Source of the DNA: Octopus sinensis
Lineage: Eukaryota
Assembly: GCF_006345805.1 (NCBI RefSeq)
Contig: NC_043003.1
Coordinates: forward strand, 96,844,001-96,908,000
Direction of reading: 5' to 3'
Length of the DNA stretch: 64,000 nucleotides
Position numbers and translations under genes: made by a program. This document shows positions 12,416-23,880 of this stretch, piece after piece (position 1 is the first letter of the stretch; every line of letters starts with the position of its first letter). The notes below the pieces were generated by a model that searched no databases, was not told the origin of the DNA, and saw nothing but the letters and a program-made list of their open reading frames with translations.

Positions 12416-12839
12416 GACTAGAGGGTCAATTCACCTTCTTCGGAAGGTTTCCACACGTAGAGGCAAACGCCTCGCGCGATAATTATCAATTTACACAACA
12501 AAATTCCTGTCTAGTCACAGATAACAACACACTTGGGTAAATTTCCGCCGTGGGTTCAAATATTCTTTCTTCTCTACATTGTATACTTTATAGACAATAG
12601 ACTTTTCTTTAATTTCATTTTTTATTATCCATCTGGACTATTCCATTTCTGTACGCTAATTTTATATTTAATTTATTCCCATTCATGGGAAACCACTTAT
12701 TCAAGTTCAAGTCATTGATGCAATTTTATATCAATTGTTATTTTTATTTTATTTTTATGTTACGATTATATTATACTTTAGTTTGATTTTAATTATTACT
12801 TACTACATATAATTCAATTGATATTATTATTTTTATTGT

Positions 12840-13253
12840 TAAAGTGAAAGTATCTGACATAAAATAGAGAAAATGTTTTTGTTTCACTTTTAACACGTAA
12901 TACTGAAATAGTGGAGAAGATATGATATTGCTATGGGCTCGCTCTAGGCAAGAAGTTAAACTTTTTTGCCCATGAAACTACAGGGACGCTAAGTAAGCCA
13001 TGTGTAAAATTTGAATGAAATTGGTCGTGTAGTTCTCAAGTTTTAGGGAATCGTAGTGGAGAAGATATGATATTGCTGTGGGCTCGCCCTAGTCAAAAAG
13101 TTCAAAATTTTTTTTGGCGATATCACTCTCCGGTCATGTGTAAGGCATGTGTAAAATTTGACTGAAATTGGTTGTGTAGTTCTCAAGTTTTAGGGAAACA
13201 CACAGACAGACAGACAGACAGAAACATATTCTCAATTTTATATATATAAAGAT
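12840..13253 (+). mobile_element. Helitron/Helentron-like (DINE/Lep1-type) non-autonomous element fragment
   Basis: Internal ~145-bp duplication (AGTGGAGAAGATATGATATTGCT...GTGTAAAATTTGA...GTAGTTCTCAAGTTTTAGGGA). Ends (ACAG)n...TTTATATATATAAAGAT. Confidence 0.4.
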
Positions 13254-13839
13254 AATTCAATCTAGCAGCTATAGTAAGTGGTATAAGCACATGTCGATCT
13301 GGACTAATTCTCTTCTGCACTCAATTAAAATTTTCATATTTTAATTTCTCCCATTCATGCAAAGCCACATATTCAAGTTCAAGTCCTTGATACATTTTAT
13401 ACTAATTGCTATTTTTTCTTTTCATTGTTATATAACGATTTAATTACCATTTTAATAAAATAAAATATATTTAATTACTACTTACTATATTTACTATATT
13501 TAATTCAATTGTTATTATTACCTCTAACTTTTTTTGCAATTTTTTTTCTAAATTTCTTATGGAACGTCGAGTGGATCGTATGCGTACAATATATTTTTAT
13601 ATGCTGTTTATATATTTGTATATTACTATATATTTCTAAACGTCGGACTTTATGCCTGTTCAGTAGATATAAATGAATATATGAATATATGTATGTGTTT
13701 GATCTTTCTGTGGATTTTGTAGTGCTTTTGTAGGTGCTGCTCGCATTGCCTCACCTAGGATTAAAAAGTGTATACAGCTCTGCTATATATTTTGAGCGTT
13801 GTTGTCACTAACGATCTCAAGATATTACTTTATATTTTG

Positions 13840-14029
<190 letters not shown>

Positions 14030-14036
<7 letters not shown>

Positions 14037-15078
14037 GAAAGAAGGTTTGAAAATGCAATTTAAAAGATGTTTATTTACTTAACCGGTTTCAGTCTTTGGA
14101 AAAAGATTGTCAAAATTAACATGGAATATTATGAATTCAAAAAATTTTTTTTACATAATTGCCACATTACATGTATATATACAGTCTTTGGTAACAGGGA
14201 CATGTTAAGGACATAAAGAAGTACAACAGTGTGATGAGAATATTTGAAAAAATGGGCAGAAAAGAATAAAACAAATATGTTATTGGAAGTTTGGTTGCGT
14301 TAATTATTGGTTGTTGCAATTTGCCACATTACATGTATATATACAGTCTTTGGTAACAAGGACATGTTAAGGACATAAGAAAGTACAACAGTATGATGAG
14401 AATATTTGAAAAAATGGGCAGAAAAGATTAAAACAAATATATTATACATCTCAGGGTCAGTACAGAATATTATGAATTCAAGGCGAGCTTGTTTACTGAC
14501 CTGTCCGTTTTAGCAGAAATGTAGAATTGAAAAAGATGTACCCGTTTTTTTCTTTTTTTGGCTTTCCTTCAAGCATCAGTGATTTTGGGGTTAGGATGAG
14601 GTGAATATGTGTGTCTCTCTGCGTGTGTGTGAATAGATGTGTCTGTGTGTCTGTAGTATTTGGTCAGATGGCGTCTGTTTGTCAAGTGTGTGTGGTTGTC
14701 ATGGTGTTGTGTGTGCGCGTGCGTGTGTGCGTGTGCGTGCGTGTGTACGCATGCATGAGTGTGGATGGCATTTGACAACCAAACTTCCAATAACATATTT
14801 GTTTTATACTTTTTTGCCCATTTTTTCAAGTATTCTCATCACACTGTTGTACTTCTTTATGTCCTTAACATGTCCCTGTTACCAAAGACTGTATATATAC
14901 ATGTAATGTGGCAATTATGTAAAAAATGTTTTTTGAATTCATAATATTCTATGTTACTTTTGACAATCTTTTTCCAAAGAGTGAAACCGGTTAAGTAAAT
15001 AAACATCTTTTAAATTGCATTTTCAAACCTTCTTTCGTATATAATTCCACTCATGCGATACCCCACAACTCAACTCTG

Positions 15079-15080
<2 letters not shown>
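14030..15080. mobile_element. Non-autonomous Penelope-like fold-back element with ~270-bp inverted repeats, in (TA)n
   Basis: 14030-14297 is the reverse complement of ~14775-15042. There is an extra partial copy at 14317-14445. Each arm has a hammerhead-like motif. Flanked by TA repeats. Confidence 0.65.
14954..14998 (+). ncRNA. Degenerate hammerhead-like motif, U3-A8 core (inverted copy 14075-14119)
   Basis: TTACTT-TTGACAA-TCTTT[TTCC]AAAGA-gt-GAAAC[CG]GTT-AAGTAA. Stem I TTACTT/AAGTAA; 2 extra nt before GAAA. Confidence 0.4.
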
Positions 15081-15117
<37 letters not shown>

Positions 15118-15789
15118 TATATACATATATATATGAAAGCGAACAAAGGCCCTTTAATAAACACAATCGTCAAAAGATCCTACAGGTGTTTACACTGGAA
15201 AAGACACACCTTTCAGTCATATAAATAGTGACTAATATATATAACCCCTCGATTTCCAAAATAAATATTTCCTATATTTCACCCCAATAGTCAAAAAGAT
15301 TTTCTTATATTCCCAATTACTACTATCCATTCTTGCGTTGCCTCTCACTTCGCCCGATTCTTTCTCCCTTTCGCTATCTACTTTCCTTTCTCTACAGTAA
15401 ACATAATCGAACACACAGACACAGATCTTTCACCTCACAGCTGTCAGTTTTCTGACATCTACCCATCCACAAACACAATCACGCATTCAGACACACACAT
15501 ACACACATTAAGACAGTTATATACAGTCACACACACATACACTCATTCACAAAAGAAATCATTTAAACCCACCATTCTTTTGACCTGCACTCTCTCACCT
15601 TACTATTCTTATGCCTCCCTCCTCCTACTTCGTTTGAACTCTTGAACCTTTAGAAACTTCTAGATTCTTCTACATTTAGCCACTCTGACGTCACTCATTA
15701 TAAAGAGACACTCATTATCGCCATAGGCTCCTTGAGAGCGGTCAGCTAAAAGTTTTTTGTGCATTTTGATTTCGACATAAGTTCCATGA

Positions 15790-15872
15790 TTTTCCTGATG
15801 AGAAATCTGCATAATGTACTCCTTATTCCATCGGAATTAGGAATATGCAGCCTTCGAAACATATATCGAGAA
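15790..15872 (+). ncRNA. Type I minimal hammerhead ribozyme (Penelope pLTR type)
   Basis: TTTTC-CTGATGA-GA..CTGCATA...TATGCAG..TC-GAAAC[ATAT]ATC^GAGAA. Stem III has a C.A mismatch (probably GTC to ATC). Confidence 0.7.
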
Positions 15873-16030
15873 TAAAGGATATTTGTTAACTAGTCGTTCA
15901 ACTCCATTCTTCATATACTTATAATTTTAAAATAAACATACAAATTTCCGCACGAAGACACGTAGTCTATGCCCTAGGGACGTAGCTTTACCGTGTTCTT
16001 TCTGATGTGAATTTGCTACCCAGGTATCGG

Positions 16031-16130
16031 NNNNNNNNNNNNNNNNNNNNNNNNNNNNNNNNNNNNNNNNNNNNNNNNNNNNNNNNNNNNNNNNNNNNNN
16101 NNNNNNNNNNNNNNNNNNNNNNNNNNNNNN
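16031..16130. other. Assembly gap (100 N)
   Basis: Run of n. Confidence 1.
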
Positions 16131-17520
16131 GTCAACCTCTACTCCAATATCCCCCACAACCTAGGACTAGAGGCAATCCAATTCTGGCTAGAGAATCACA
16201 CCAACGAACTACCACACCGCATCAAAAAAGAATTTGTGATAGAAGGGGTTAAATTCATCCTGGAAAATAACTTCTTCGCCTTCAATGACAACTTCTACCG
16301 ATAAAAATCGGGGACTGCGATGGGTACACGAATGGCCCCCTCCTTTGCCAACCTAGTCATAGGATACCTAGAGATCAGTCTGTATCGTAAGGTTCTAGAA
16401 AGATATGGCAGCCCTTTCTCCATCTACATAGAAAACAACTGGAAGAGCTATCTAGATGACTGTTTCATCCCTTGGCATAAAAATATAGAAAAACTCATAG
16501 AATTCCAGGAAATTTTAAACGGACTGGACGTAAACATCCAATTCACGATGGAATATAGCCAGCAACAACTCCCCTTCCTCGATATCCTCATTAAGAAAGC
16601 TAATAATATAATAGAAACAGACATATACTATAAGCCTACAGACTCTAAGCAATATCTTCATTCAATTCATGCCACCCCAGACACCACCAGATGAATATCC
16701 CCTTCAATCTAGCAAAAAGGATATGCACTATAGTCTCTAACGCAAACACCAGAGACACACGACTACAAGAACTAAAAGATACCCTTATCACCAGGAACTA
16801 TCCACCTTCACTTATTGACAAGTGCATTCAACGTGCCCTTCAACTTAACATCAAGGAACTAAGACATCCCAAATCAAAGAAAAACTTACAACCAAAAACC
16901 TTACCATACATCTCCACACACAACCCTCTCAATAACGAAGCCTTCGGCACCATCCTCCACAAAAAAAGACCCTCCTAAAAAAAGACCACAGAATGAACAC
17001 AATCCTCCAAACACACACGATCATAAAAAGCAAAAGACAGCCTAGATCCATGAAAAGTCTCCTAACACAAGCCCGAATTCACTCTTCAACACAGAAGCCG
17101 ACAGTAAAAAAATGTGGAAGACCCAATTGCGGGATATGCGACTATCTAATTGAGGGATCAGAGTTCTCCTTCAAACAGGGACAACGGTTTACAGTGAAAA
17201 GCAACTTCACATGTGCTTCGGAGAACCTAATATACTCACTAACCTGCTCCGGGTGTCAAGAGCAGTACATAGGCCAAACAAAAAATAGTTTGCGTAAACG
17301 AATGGCCCTCCACAGATCCCAGATAAAAATTCCCCAAAACAGAAAAATAGCTTTTAGCCAACACATAGATACTTGCGCCAACAAAAAAACACCAAACTTC
17401 AGGATTTTCCCCCTCTACCAATTTAGGGACGATACAACATCGAGACAACGAATAAGTAAAGAAAATCTCTTTATTACAAAATACAAGCCACTTCTTAACG
17501 GGTCTACGACAAACAATTAA
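16131..17520 (+). pseudogene. Penelope-like element ORF: reverse transcriptase + GIY-YIG endonuclease (stop and frameshifts; 5' end lost in gap)
   Basis: VNLYSNIP, GTAMGTRMAPSFANL, YLDDCF, LPFLDI, YYKPTDSKQYL; CGRPNCGIC linker; NLIYSLTC...YIGQT GIY-YIG. Confidence 0.93.
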
Positions 17521-18174
17521 TATACCTCAAATTTAGAATAAAAGAAATATATACACACACAAATATTACACTCCATAGAATCCATTACTAATCAGCCCCA
17601 TCACAGCTATACTTTCACCCATTCATATTCTCCCTTCTCTGTTTTTTTCTTCTTCTTCTTCCTCTTCTTCTTCATCATCATCATTATCATCATCATTGTC
17701 GTCATCATCATCACCACCATCATCACCATCATCTTCTCCTTCTCCTTCTTCTTCTTCTTCTTCTTCTTCTTCTTCTTCTTCTTCTTCATCATCATCATCA
17801 TCAACATCGTCATCTTCTTCTTCTTCTTCTACTTCTCCACCTTCCACCCCTTAACCTTGTCACTAATGTCTTTCAGTATAACGCCTACGCAAATTCCATA
17901 AACAATTCCTGAATTGAACTGCGACTACTGTCAGCCACTGACCATTCAAAATACGACCATCAAGGCATTCCCAGATTTCCCCACCCCCTCTCCACCCCAG
18001 CCTCCTTATTCTTCACCTACCCTACCAAGAACTCACAACGACCCCGAACACACAAGTGCAAACAAGGGAGTCAGAGAAAGGCAGAATGCTACTTATATCT
18101 GAACACTACTATAGAAATATTCTTTTAAAAAAACTTTTCTTCTAATTTTTCTAAATTTAATTATTTAATCGTTA

Positions 18175-18212
18175 CAGTTGAAAAGGTCTCAAAATGACCG
18201 AAACCGGTACTG
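18175..18212 (+). ncRNA. Minimal hammerhead ribozyme, U3-A8 core variant
   Basis: CAG-TTGAAAA-GGTC[TCAAAAT]GACC-GAAAC[CG]GTA^CTG. All three stems pair; palindromic ACCGGT stem III. Confidence 0.7.
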
Positions 18213-18302
18213 AAAGATTCACTATAAAATTATCTTAGCATTTTCTATTTTTGACTTGTTTTTTCATATATATCAACTCGTGTCGTGTGTTCATTTCCAC
18301 CT

Positions 18303-18406
<104 letters not shown>

Positions 18407-18765
18407 ATATAATTTCAAAGTGAGATAGGGGTTATGAGTGTAACCCACTATGGGATATCATTTATGCAATATACTGCCAGTAAAGTACCCAGAGAGGCTA
18501 ATACATAAATGCTAAGAATTGCAATGCAATTAATTCATTTATTGTATTATATGGGCGAAGGTAAAATGTTTACCTCAAACTCATAATACAAAATAAGAAA
18601 ATGGAGGAATAGATTTCTTTCAATCATCAACTACTAGATAATACCAATTCATATAATTTATTAACTAATCATTTAGGAACATCCAGATCAAACAGAATAA
18701 TACGGAATAAAACAGTACACATCAATAAGTAAGATAATACCATAAGAACAATACATATAAAATGG

Positions 18766-18889
18766 ATCTTACAGCAGTTTCAGCCTGTCGATAAGAGTAT
18801 CTCATTATGCTCATATTAGTCAGATGTATTGAGGTAATATGCAGTTTAAAATGAGTTATATATATATATCTCAAGGCCTCGTCAGAGAT
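18766..18889 (-). ncRNA. Hammerhead ribozyme with long stem-II insertion, in a Penelope-like pLTR fragment (~18405-18900)
   Basis: Minus strand ATCT-CTGACGA-GGCCT...AGGCT-GAAAC[TGCT]GTA^AGAT. Confidence 0.7.
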
Positions 18890-19293
18890 TATAAAGTACA
18901 ATTATAAAGGTATAAAATGAAGATATAAAGTGAAAATCGAATATTAAAGAAGGTACACATATACAAGAATAAGCATATATACATATATACATATACATAT
19001 AAGTGTATATACACCTACATATACATATATATATAAGTATATACATAATAATATACCACACACACACACACATATATATATAATATACAAACACGCATGC
19101 AACATACATACATACGTACATACATACATACACACATACGCATACGACAGTTTTCTTTCAGTTTCCATCTGCCAAATCCACTCAAAAGCTTTTGGTTGGT
19201 TTGAGATTATAGGTTTATATTAAATTACCCTTCTTCAATGTGCCACGCCGTGGGGTTGAACCCCGTGGCATGTTGTTAGGGAGCAAACTTCTT

Positions 19294-20864
19294 TATTTCA
19301 TTAAATTTGCCACAAGGGCAGCACACAGAGAGAAGCTCGAGGGCTAGACAGAGACATTAATGGGATGAATGATGATGATATATGGATGATAAGGATGGGA
19401 GAAGACGAAAAGCGCCCGCCGACTTTCGCTTCTCTAAAACATTGTTCTTTTTTTCTTTTTTTAAAAAACACAATGAGGCAATAAACCTCTTACACAGTTC
19501 AAAATTAAAAATAAAACACAAACACGAGGCAATAATCCTCTCACTTTTTACATTTTTAGTCTCTTTTTGAGGTAATACGCCTCTTCAATTTTTCCGCCCG
19601 GCCAGGCTCCTCGCTTCATCGAAGCACCTGGTCCGTTCCGAGCTTAAAGGTTTCAACATAAATCTGAAGGAGTCCTTCGGGAAGGAGTTCGTTATCTTCC
19701 ATAGATCGTTCTCCCATATGACCTCCGCAGCCACCTGCGAAGGCCACTCAGGGTCCTCCGTGTAGGACAGAAGCCCCTCCCACCGGCACTTCCTTTCATT
19801 TTTTTTGTTTTCATTTTGCAAGGTTCCTCCCTTGTGGAAGAGATCCAAAAATTCCTTCTTCAGCAGCACACTCGCCAAAGGAGAATCGGGACACGCCGGC
19901 AGCGTGTCACAACCAGCCGACAATGTCCCGTTTTTCTCTTTTCTTTTCTTTTTCCCTTGGGGTGCGGGAGGGTGGTGTTCCCAGGCTGTGTCCAGCAGGT
20001 TCTTTTCTCCCGCAGCTCTCGGGTTCTTCGGTGGGCAACCATTGTTGCCCACCTTTCGCTTTCGTTTTTTCGAGGAGGTGGAAAGCTCCTCGACATCCTC
20101 ACCCTTCTCTCCTTCTATTGTGGGAGCAGGGAGTGGTTCCTCTGTTAACTGCTCCAGAATCCTATTTTGGTCCTTGGGGCAGTTTTTCTTGATGTGACCG
20201 GTCTCCAGGCTTTCGGGAAAACGGTTATGGTATCGAGCGACTTTGAATAAGTCCTCAACACCACCGTCTTCTTTTCGAGCTCTTTTAGCCATGATTTGGG
20301 AGGTGTTAATTCCCACATTAATATTTCCTTTGCCATTTTTTTTTTTAAATAAAAAGTTCAAATATAGTTCGTCAATACGTTTTCAAATAAAGAAAGAAGA
20401 CACAACAGAAGGGAAGAAAAAATTAAAATAACAGTTCAAATAAAGTTCTTTTTTTTTTTTTAAATAAATGATAGCTGTGAAAAGAGAGTTCAAATCCAGG
20501 CAAAGAAATAAATTTTCGGCCGAAAGGTACTCATGGCCAATTCTTTTAATCCACGTGGGCACAAACATTTTCAAATATAATTTCTCACAATTATGTGAGA
20601 CAACACACACGTCTCCACCGCAAGGCAGACAAAAATCTTCGAATTCAGTAAGGACTCCTTGCCTGTTCAAAAAAATAAAACCAACAGGCAACCAATCCTA
20701 CCGGACTCAAAAAGCAAAAAGTCTTACCTTACAGCGTCTTTCAGTTCAACTTTCGCCAGCTGCATACCAGCGTTACGACTTTAACAGGTGCGTGAAGAAC
20801 ACTGTTTTTGTTCTTTTTTCTTTTTAGGACGGAGCTCAGAGGGAGGCGTCCTCTCAGTTCAACC
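19294..20864 (-). mobile_element. Solitary ORF1-only Tx1/L1-like non-autonomous element with ~15-bp TSD
   Basis: Flanks GGGAGCAAACTTCTT (19279-19293) and GGAAGCAAGCTTCTT (20865-20879). Tail TGCCCTTGTGGCAAATTTAATGAAATA. Contains an ORF with GHIKKNCP. Confidence 0.75.
19585..20292 (-). CDS. Internally deleted ORF1-like protein (half zinc knuckle, basic linker, C-terminal domain)
   Basis: MAKRARKEDGG...LETGHIKKNCP...KKRKRK...WPSQVAAEVIWEND; open frame. Confidence 0.6.
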   Translation of the reverse strand: MAKRARKEDGGVEDLFKVARYHNRFPESLETGHIKKNCPKDQNRILEQLTEEPLPAPTIEGEKGEDVEELSTSSKKRKRKVGNNGCPPKNPRAAGEKNLLDTAWEHHPPAPQGKKKRKEKNGTLSAGCDTLPACPDSPLASVLLKKEFLDLFHKGGTLQNENKKNERKCRWEGLLSYTEDPEWPSQVAAEVIWENDLWKITNSFPKDSFRFMLKPLSSERTRCFDEARSLAGRKN

Positions 20865-21289
20865 GGAAGCAAGCTTCTTACGACACAGTCACACTTTACT
20901 CGTTACATGTTATGGTGTGGTTGTACCATTTACTATCACTCAAATCATAATGTAACATTGAAGAAATATGCAATTTAAAGATAATATTATTCCAAAATCA
21001 TGATAAGTGAGTGAACTCAATTGCAAACAACCCTGATAAGAAGTTCCTCTGGCAAACAAAGTCAGTGATATAGTGTCTCAACTTTGATTTAACTATGTTG
21101 ACTTTACCGTTTCTACCTGAAATAGGACACTAACGCTCTAGTTGATCTCGGTTGACATACACTGCGTTGATGATCATCGAAGTAGGAAAAAGACTCAAGC
21201 GTTTCCTTTAATTTTAAGATGTTACAAGACCAAGACCTCAACAGTAAGAATGCTGCACCTAAAATTGAAACTAGTAAACTATTATATTA

Positions 21290-21690
21290 CGCCCTTTGTC
21301 CCCTACGAGACAGAAACGTGGACAATGAACAGAGCAATAGAAAAGAAGATAAATGCCTTTGTGATATGGATTTTTCGTAAATTGAGCAGAATAAGCCAGA
21401 AAGACAGAGTAACAAACGCTGCAGTATTAGAAAAGCTGGGAGTCCAAAGACACTTACAGTCGAAAATCGGGTCCACAAAGTTATACTTTGGACATTCAAT
21501 ACACCACGACCGATTGGGACGGAAGTATGAAGAAGAAGAGAGCAAGAGGCCGTCAGCTGTGGACTGATGATATCAAAGAATGGACTGGAAACAAGAACTT
21601 AGCTGATTGTATGCATACAGCATAACATAGAGGGAAATGGAAAGTCTTCACATGCCGAACTCTCGACAGTGTGGACATATGGCTGATGAA
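21290..21690 (+). mobile_element. RTE-clade LINE 3' fragment
   Basis: YETETWT..KKINAF.IWIFRKL.RIS.KDRVTN..VL, YFGH, WTDDIKEWTG. Confidence 0.8.
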
Positions 21691-21837
21691 GAGTGAGTAG
21701 CTTGAATACAGAACACTTTGACACTATTTCAGAAAAAAAGGATGACTTAAGAGAAGGATTAAACAGGTGTAGGGCAGCGATAAATTTGATTGATACATGA
21801 ATGCAGGCATTCAAACAGACGTACATAGATACATAGG

Positions 21838-21968
21838 TTTACATACATACATACATACATACATGCATGCATGCATACATACATACATACATACATGCAT
21901 GCATACATACATACATACATACATACATACATACACATACATACATACATACTTACATACATACATAC

Positions 21969-21999
<31 letters not shown>

Positions 22000-22602
22000 C
22001 ATGCATGCATGCATGCATACGTACATAATACATACATACATACATACATACATACATACTTATATACATACATACATACATACATACATACATACATGCA
22101 TGCATACATACACACATACATACATACATACATACATACATACATACATACGTACATACATACATGCATGCATGCATGCATACATACATACATACATACA
22201 TGCTTACATACATACATACATACTTACATACATACATACATTCATACATACATACATACATACATACATACATGCATGCATACGTACATACATACATACA
22301 TACATACATACTTACATACATACATACTTACATACATACATGCATACATACACACATACATACATACATACATACATACATACATGCATACATGCATGCA
22401 TGCATACATACACACATACATGCATACATGCATGCATACATACATACATACATACTTACATACATACATACATGCATACATACATACACACATACATACA
22501 TACATGCATACATACATGCATACATACATACATGCATACATACATACATGCATACATACATACATACATACATACATGCATCCATCCATACATACATACA
22601 TG
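21838..22602. repeat. (TACA)n/(TGCA) compound microsatellite
   Basis: Direct reading. Confidence 0.95.
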
Positions 22603-23446
22603 CTGGAAGTCAACTCGTAACTAAGTAAGACTACTTCCTAATCTCAGTAAGTCCGTGCAAACGCTCTGAGAATCCAGTAAGTTCCTGTGCGTGAATTTGT
22701 TTTGATTGGATAAAGTATTGCATAGCACTGAATTCGAACCCACTTTCCAGCGCAATCTCCTATAACACCAGTGGCACAAGAGAGACTGAGATGACAGAAA
22801 GAAACCGCGCTTCAGGTTTTTAATACGAGTTTGCCTTCTCCTAGAAGGGAGTTCTAACAAGAACTAGGAGCCCTTCACTCCCAGTGGTTCGCCTGCAAGT
22901 TAACCCAGAATTGGAAACTTAGCAGGTTCTACTTCTCCAAATAGTAGTTAAGAGGTAGTTTCATACCCATTAAAACCCTGAAACTCCCGTATCAGAGCCC
23001 CACTATTTCATGCAGTTTAAAGTCATGACCAGGACACATAGATGGAAATGATGACGTTTTGGGCCAACACAAATAACTATCCCTAAATTTCATCATAATT
23101 TCATCTGCCTATGAAGCACGATGATGTTGTTCCAGTTCTCTACACAATGCCTAGAAAGGTTAGCTTTGAAAGTGACCGCATGTAAGAAGTTAATGTGAAG
23201 AGTATGTTCATCGATAAAACGAAAGACTTCTTCAAATTGTTGGTAAAACTCTAGATACGATAATTTGGGTAAGCTGTGTGGGTATGGAGCTTTTTCTCTC
23301 CACCACGCAGTCTTGAATTCAGTCTCACTGTACTGTGCACTTATTTGAGCAAATGTCTTATGCTATAGCTCCGAGGCATCCGACTGAAGCTCTGTGGGTT
23401 GATTTGGTAGAGAAAAGCTGAAAAGAAACCCGTCGTGCATGCATGT

Positions 23447-23489
<43 letters not shown>

Positions 23490-23496
<7 letters not shown>

Positions 23497-23632
23497 GTTA
23501 TAAGTATATGAAAGAATGGAGTTGAACGACTAGTTAACAAATATCCTTTATTGAGAATAAAGGATATTTGTTAACTAGTCGTTCAACTCCATTCTTTCAT
23601 ATACTTATAATTTTAAAATAAACATACAAATT
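23490..23632. repeat. Fold-back palindrome of Penelope pLTR sequence
   Basis: Arms centred near 23552. The right arm matches 15868-15946. Confidence 0.8.
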
Positions 23633-23714
23633 ATGTATGAGTATGGTGGCCATGTATGCATGTGTGTATGAGAGTGTGTGTCTTTGGGTTTGTGTTATTT
23701 TTGTTCCCCCAATC

Positions 23715-23880
23715 ACTTGACAACTAGTGCTGGTTAGTTTACTCACCGTAACTTAGCGGATCAGCAAAAGAGAATAAGTACCAGGCTTTAAAAAAAAGTA
23801 CTTGGGTCGATTTGTTCGACTAAACCCTTCAAAACAGTTCCCCAGCATGGCCACAGTTCAGTGACTGAAGTAAGTAAAAA
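23715..23880 (+). mobile_element. SINE 3' part (related copies 24850-24975, 44880-45050 minus)
   Basis: CGTAACTTAGCGG..CAAAAGAG..ATAAGTACCAGG...GTCGATTTGTTCGACTAAA...CAGCATGGCC...TGACTGAA. Confidence 0.65.

Larger units (their letters stand above)
1..12552 (-). mobile_element. Head-to-tail tandem array of >=7 ORF1-only non-LTR (L1/Tx1-like, non-autonomous) retroelement units; left end outside window
   Basis: Repeating units end (+ strand) at ACAACACACTTGGGTAAATTTCCGCCGTG at 1667, 3595, 5376, 7178, 8987, 10770 and 12552. Each has a single minus-strand CCHC ORF, a T-rich 3'UTR and a tail ...CCCTTGTGGGTAGTAATAAAA. No RT motifs were seen. Confidence 0.85.
16131..18302 (+). mobile_element. Penelope-like retroelement including 3' pLTR, ending at (TA)n
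   Basis: ORF followed by a UTR with (TTC)/(ATC) repeats, a hammerhead at 18175-18212, then a TA tract. Confidence 0.8.
19140..20895 (-). mobile_element. tRNA-derived SINE split by the 19294-20864 insertion
   Basis: Homologous to uninterrupted copies at 33235-33385 and 45120-45285 (..GGAAGCAAGCTTCTTACCACACAGCCAC). Confidence 0.7.

Noticed and set aside
1-12552. CRISPR-like or prokaryotic system suggested by regularly spaced short repeats
   Set aside because: The intervening sequences are near-identical 1.8-kb units, the context is eukaryotic, and there are no cas genes.
12538-12560. Junction motif as tRNA/snRNA/SINE B-box target (AAATTTCCGCCGTGGGTTCAAA)
   Set aside because: Only short partial resemblance; no cloverleaf or snRNA can be built from the flank.
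15172-15220. Minus-strand hammerhead-like CTGAAAG...TAAACACCTGTA
   Set aside because: Core and stems too degenerate.
21797-22628. Long HTYI/MYVC ORFs (also 33719-34240, 37430-37996, 40260-42407, 48074-49584)
   Set aside because: Translations of microsatellites.
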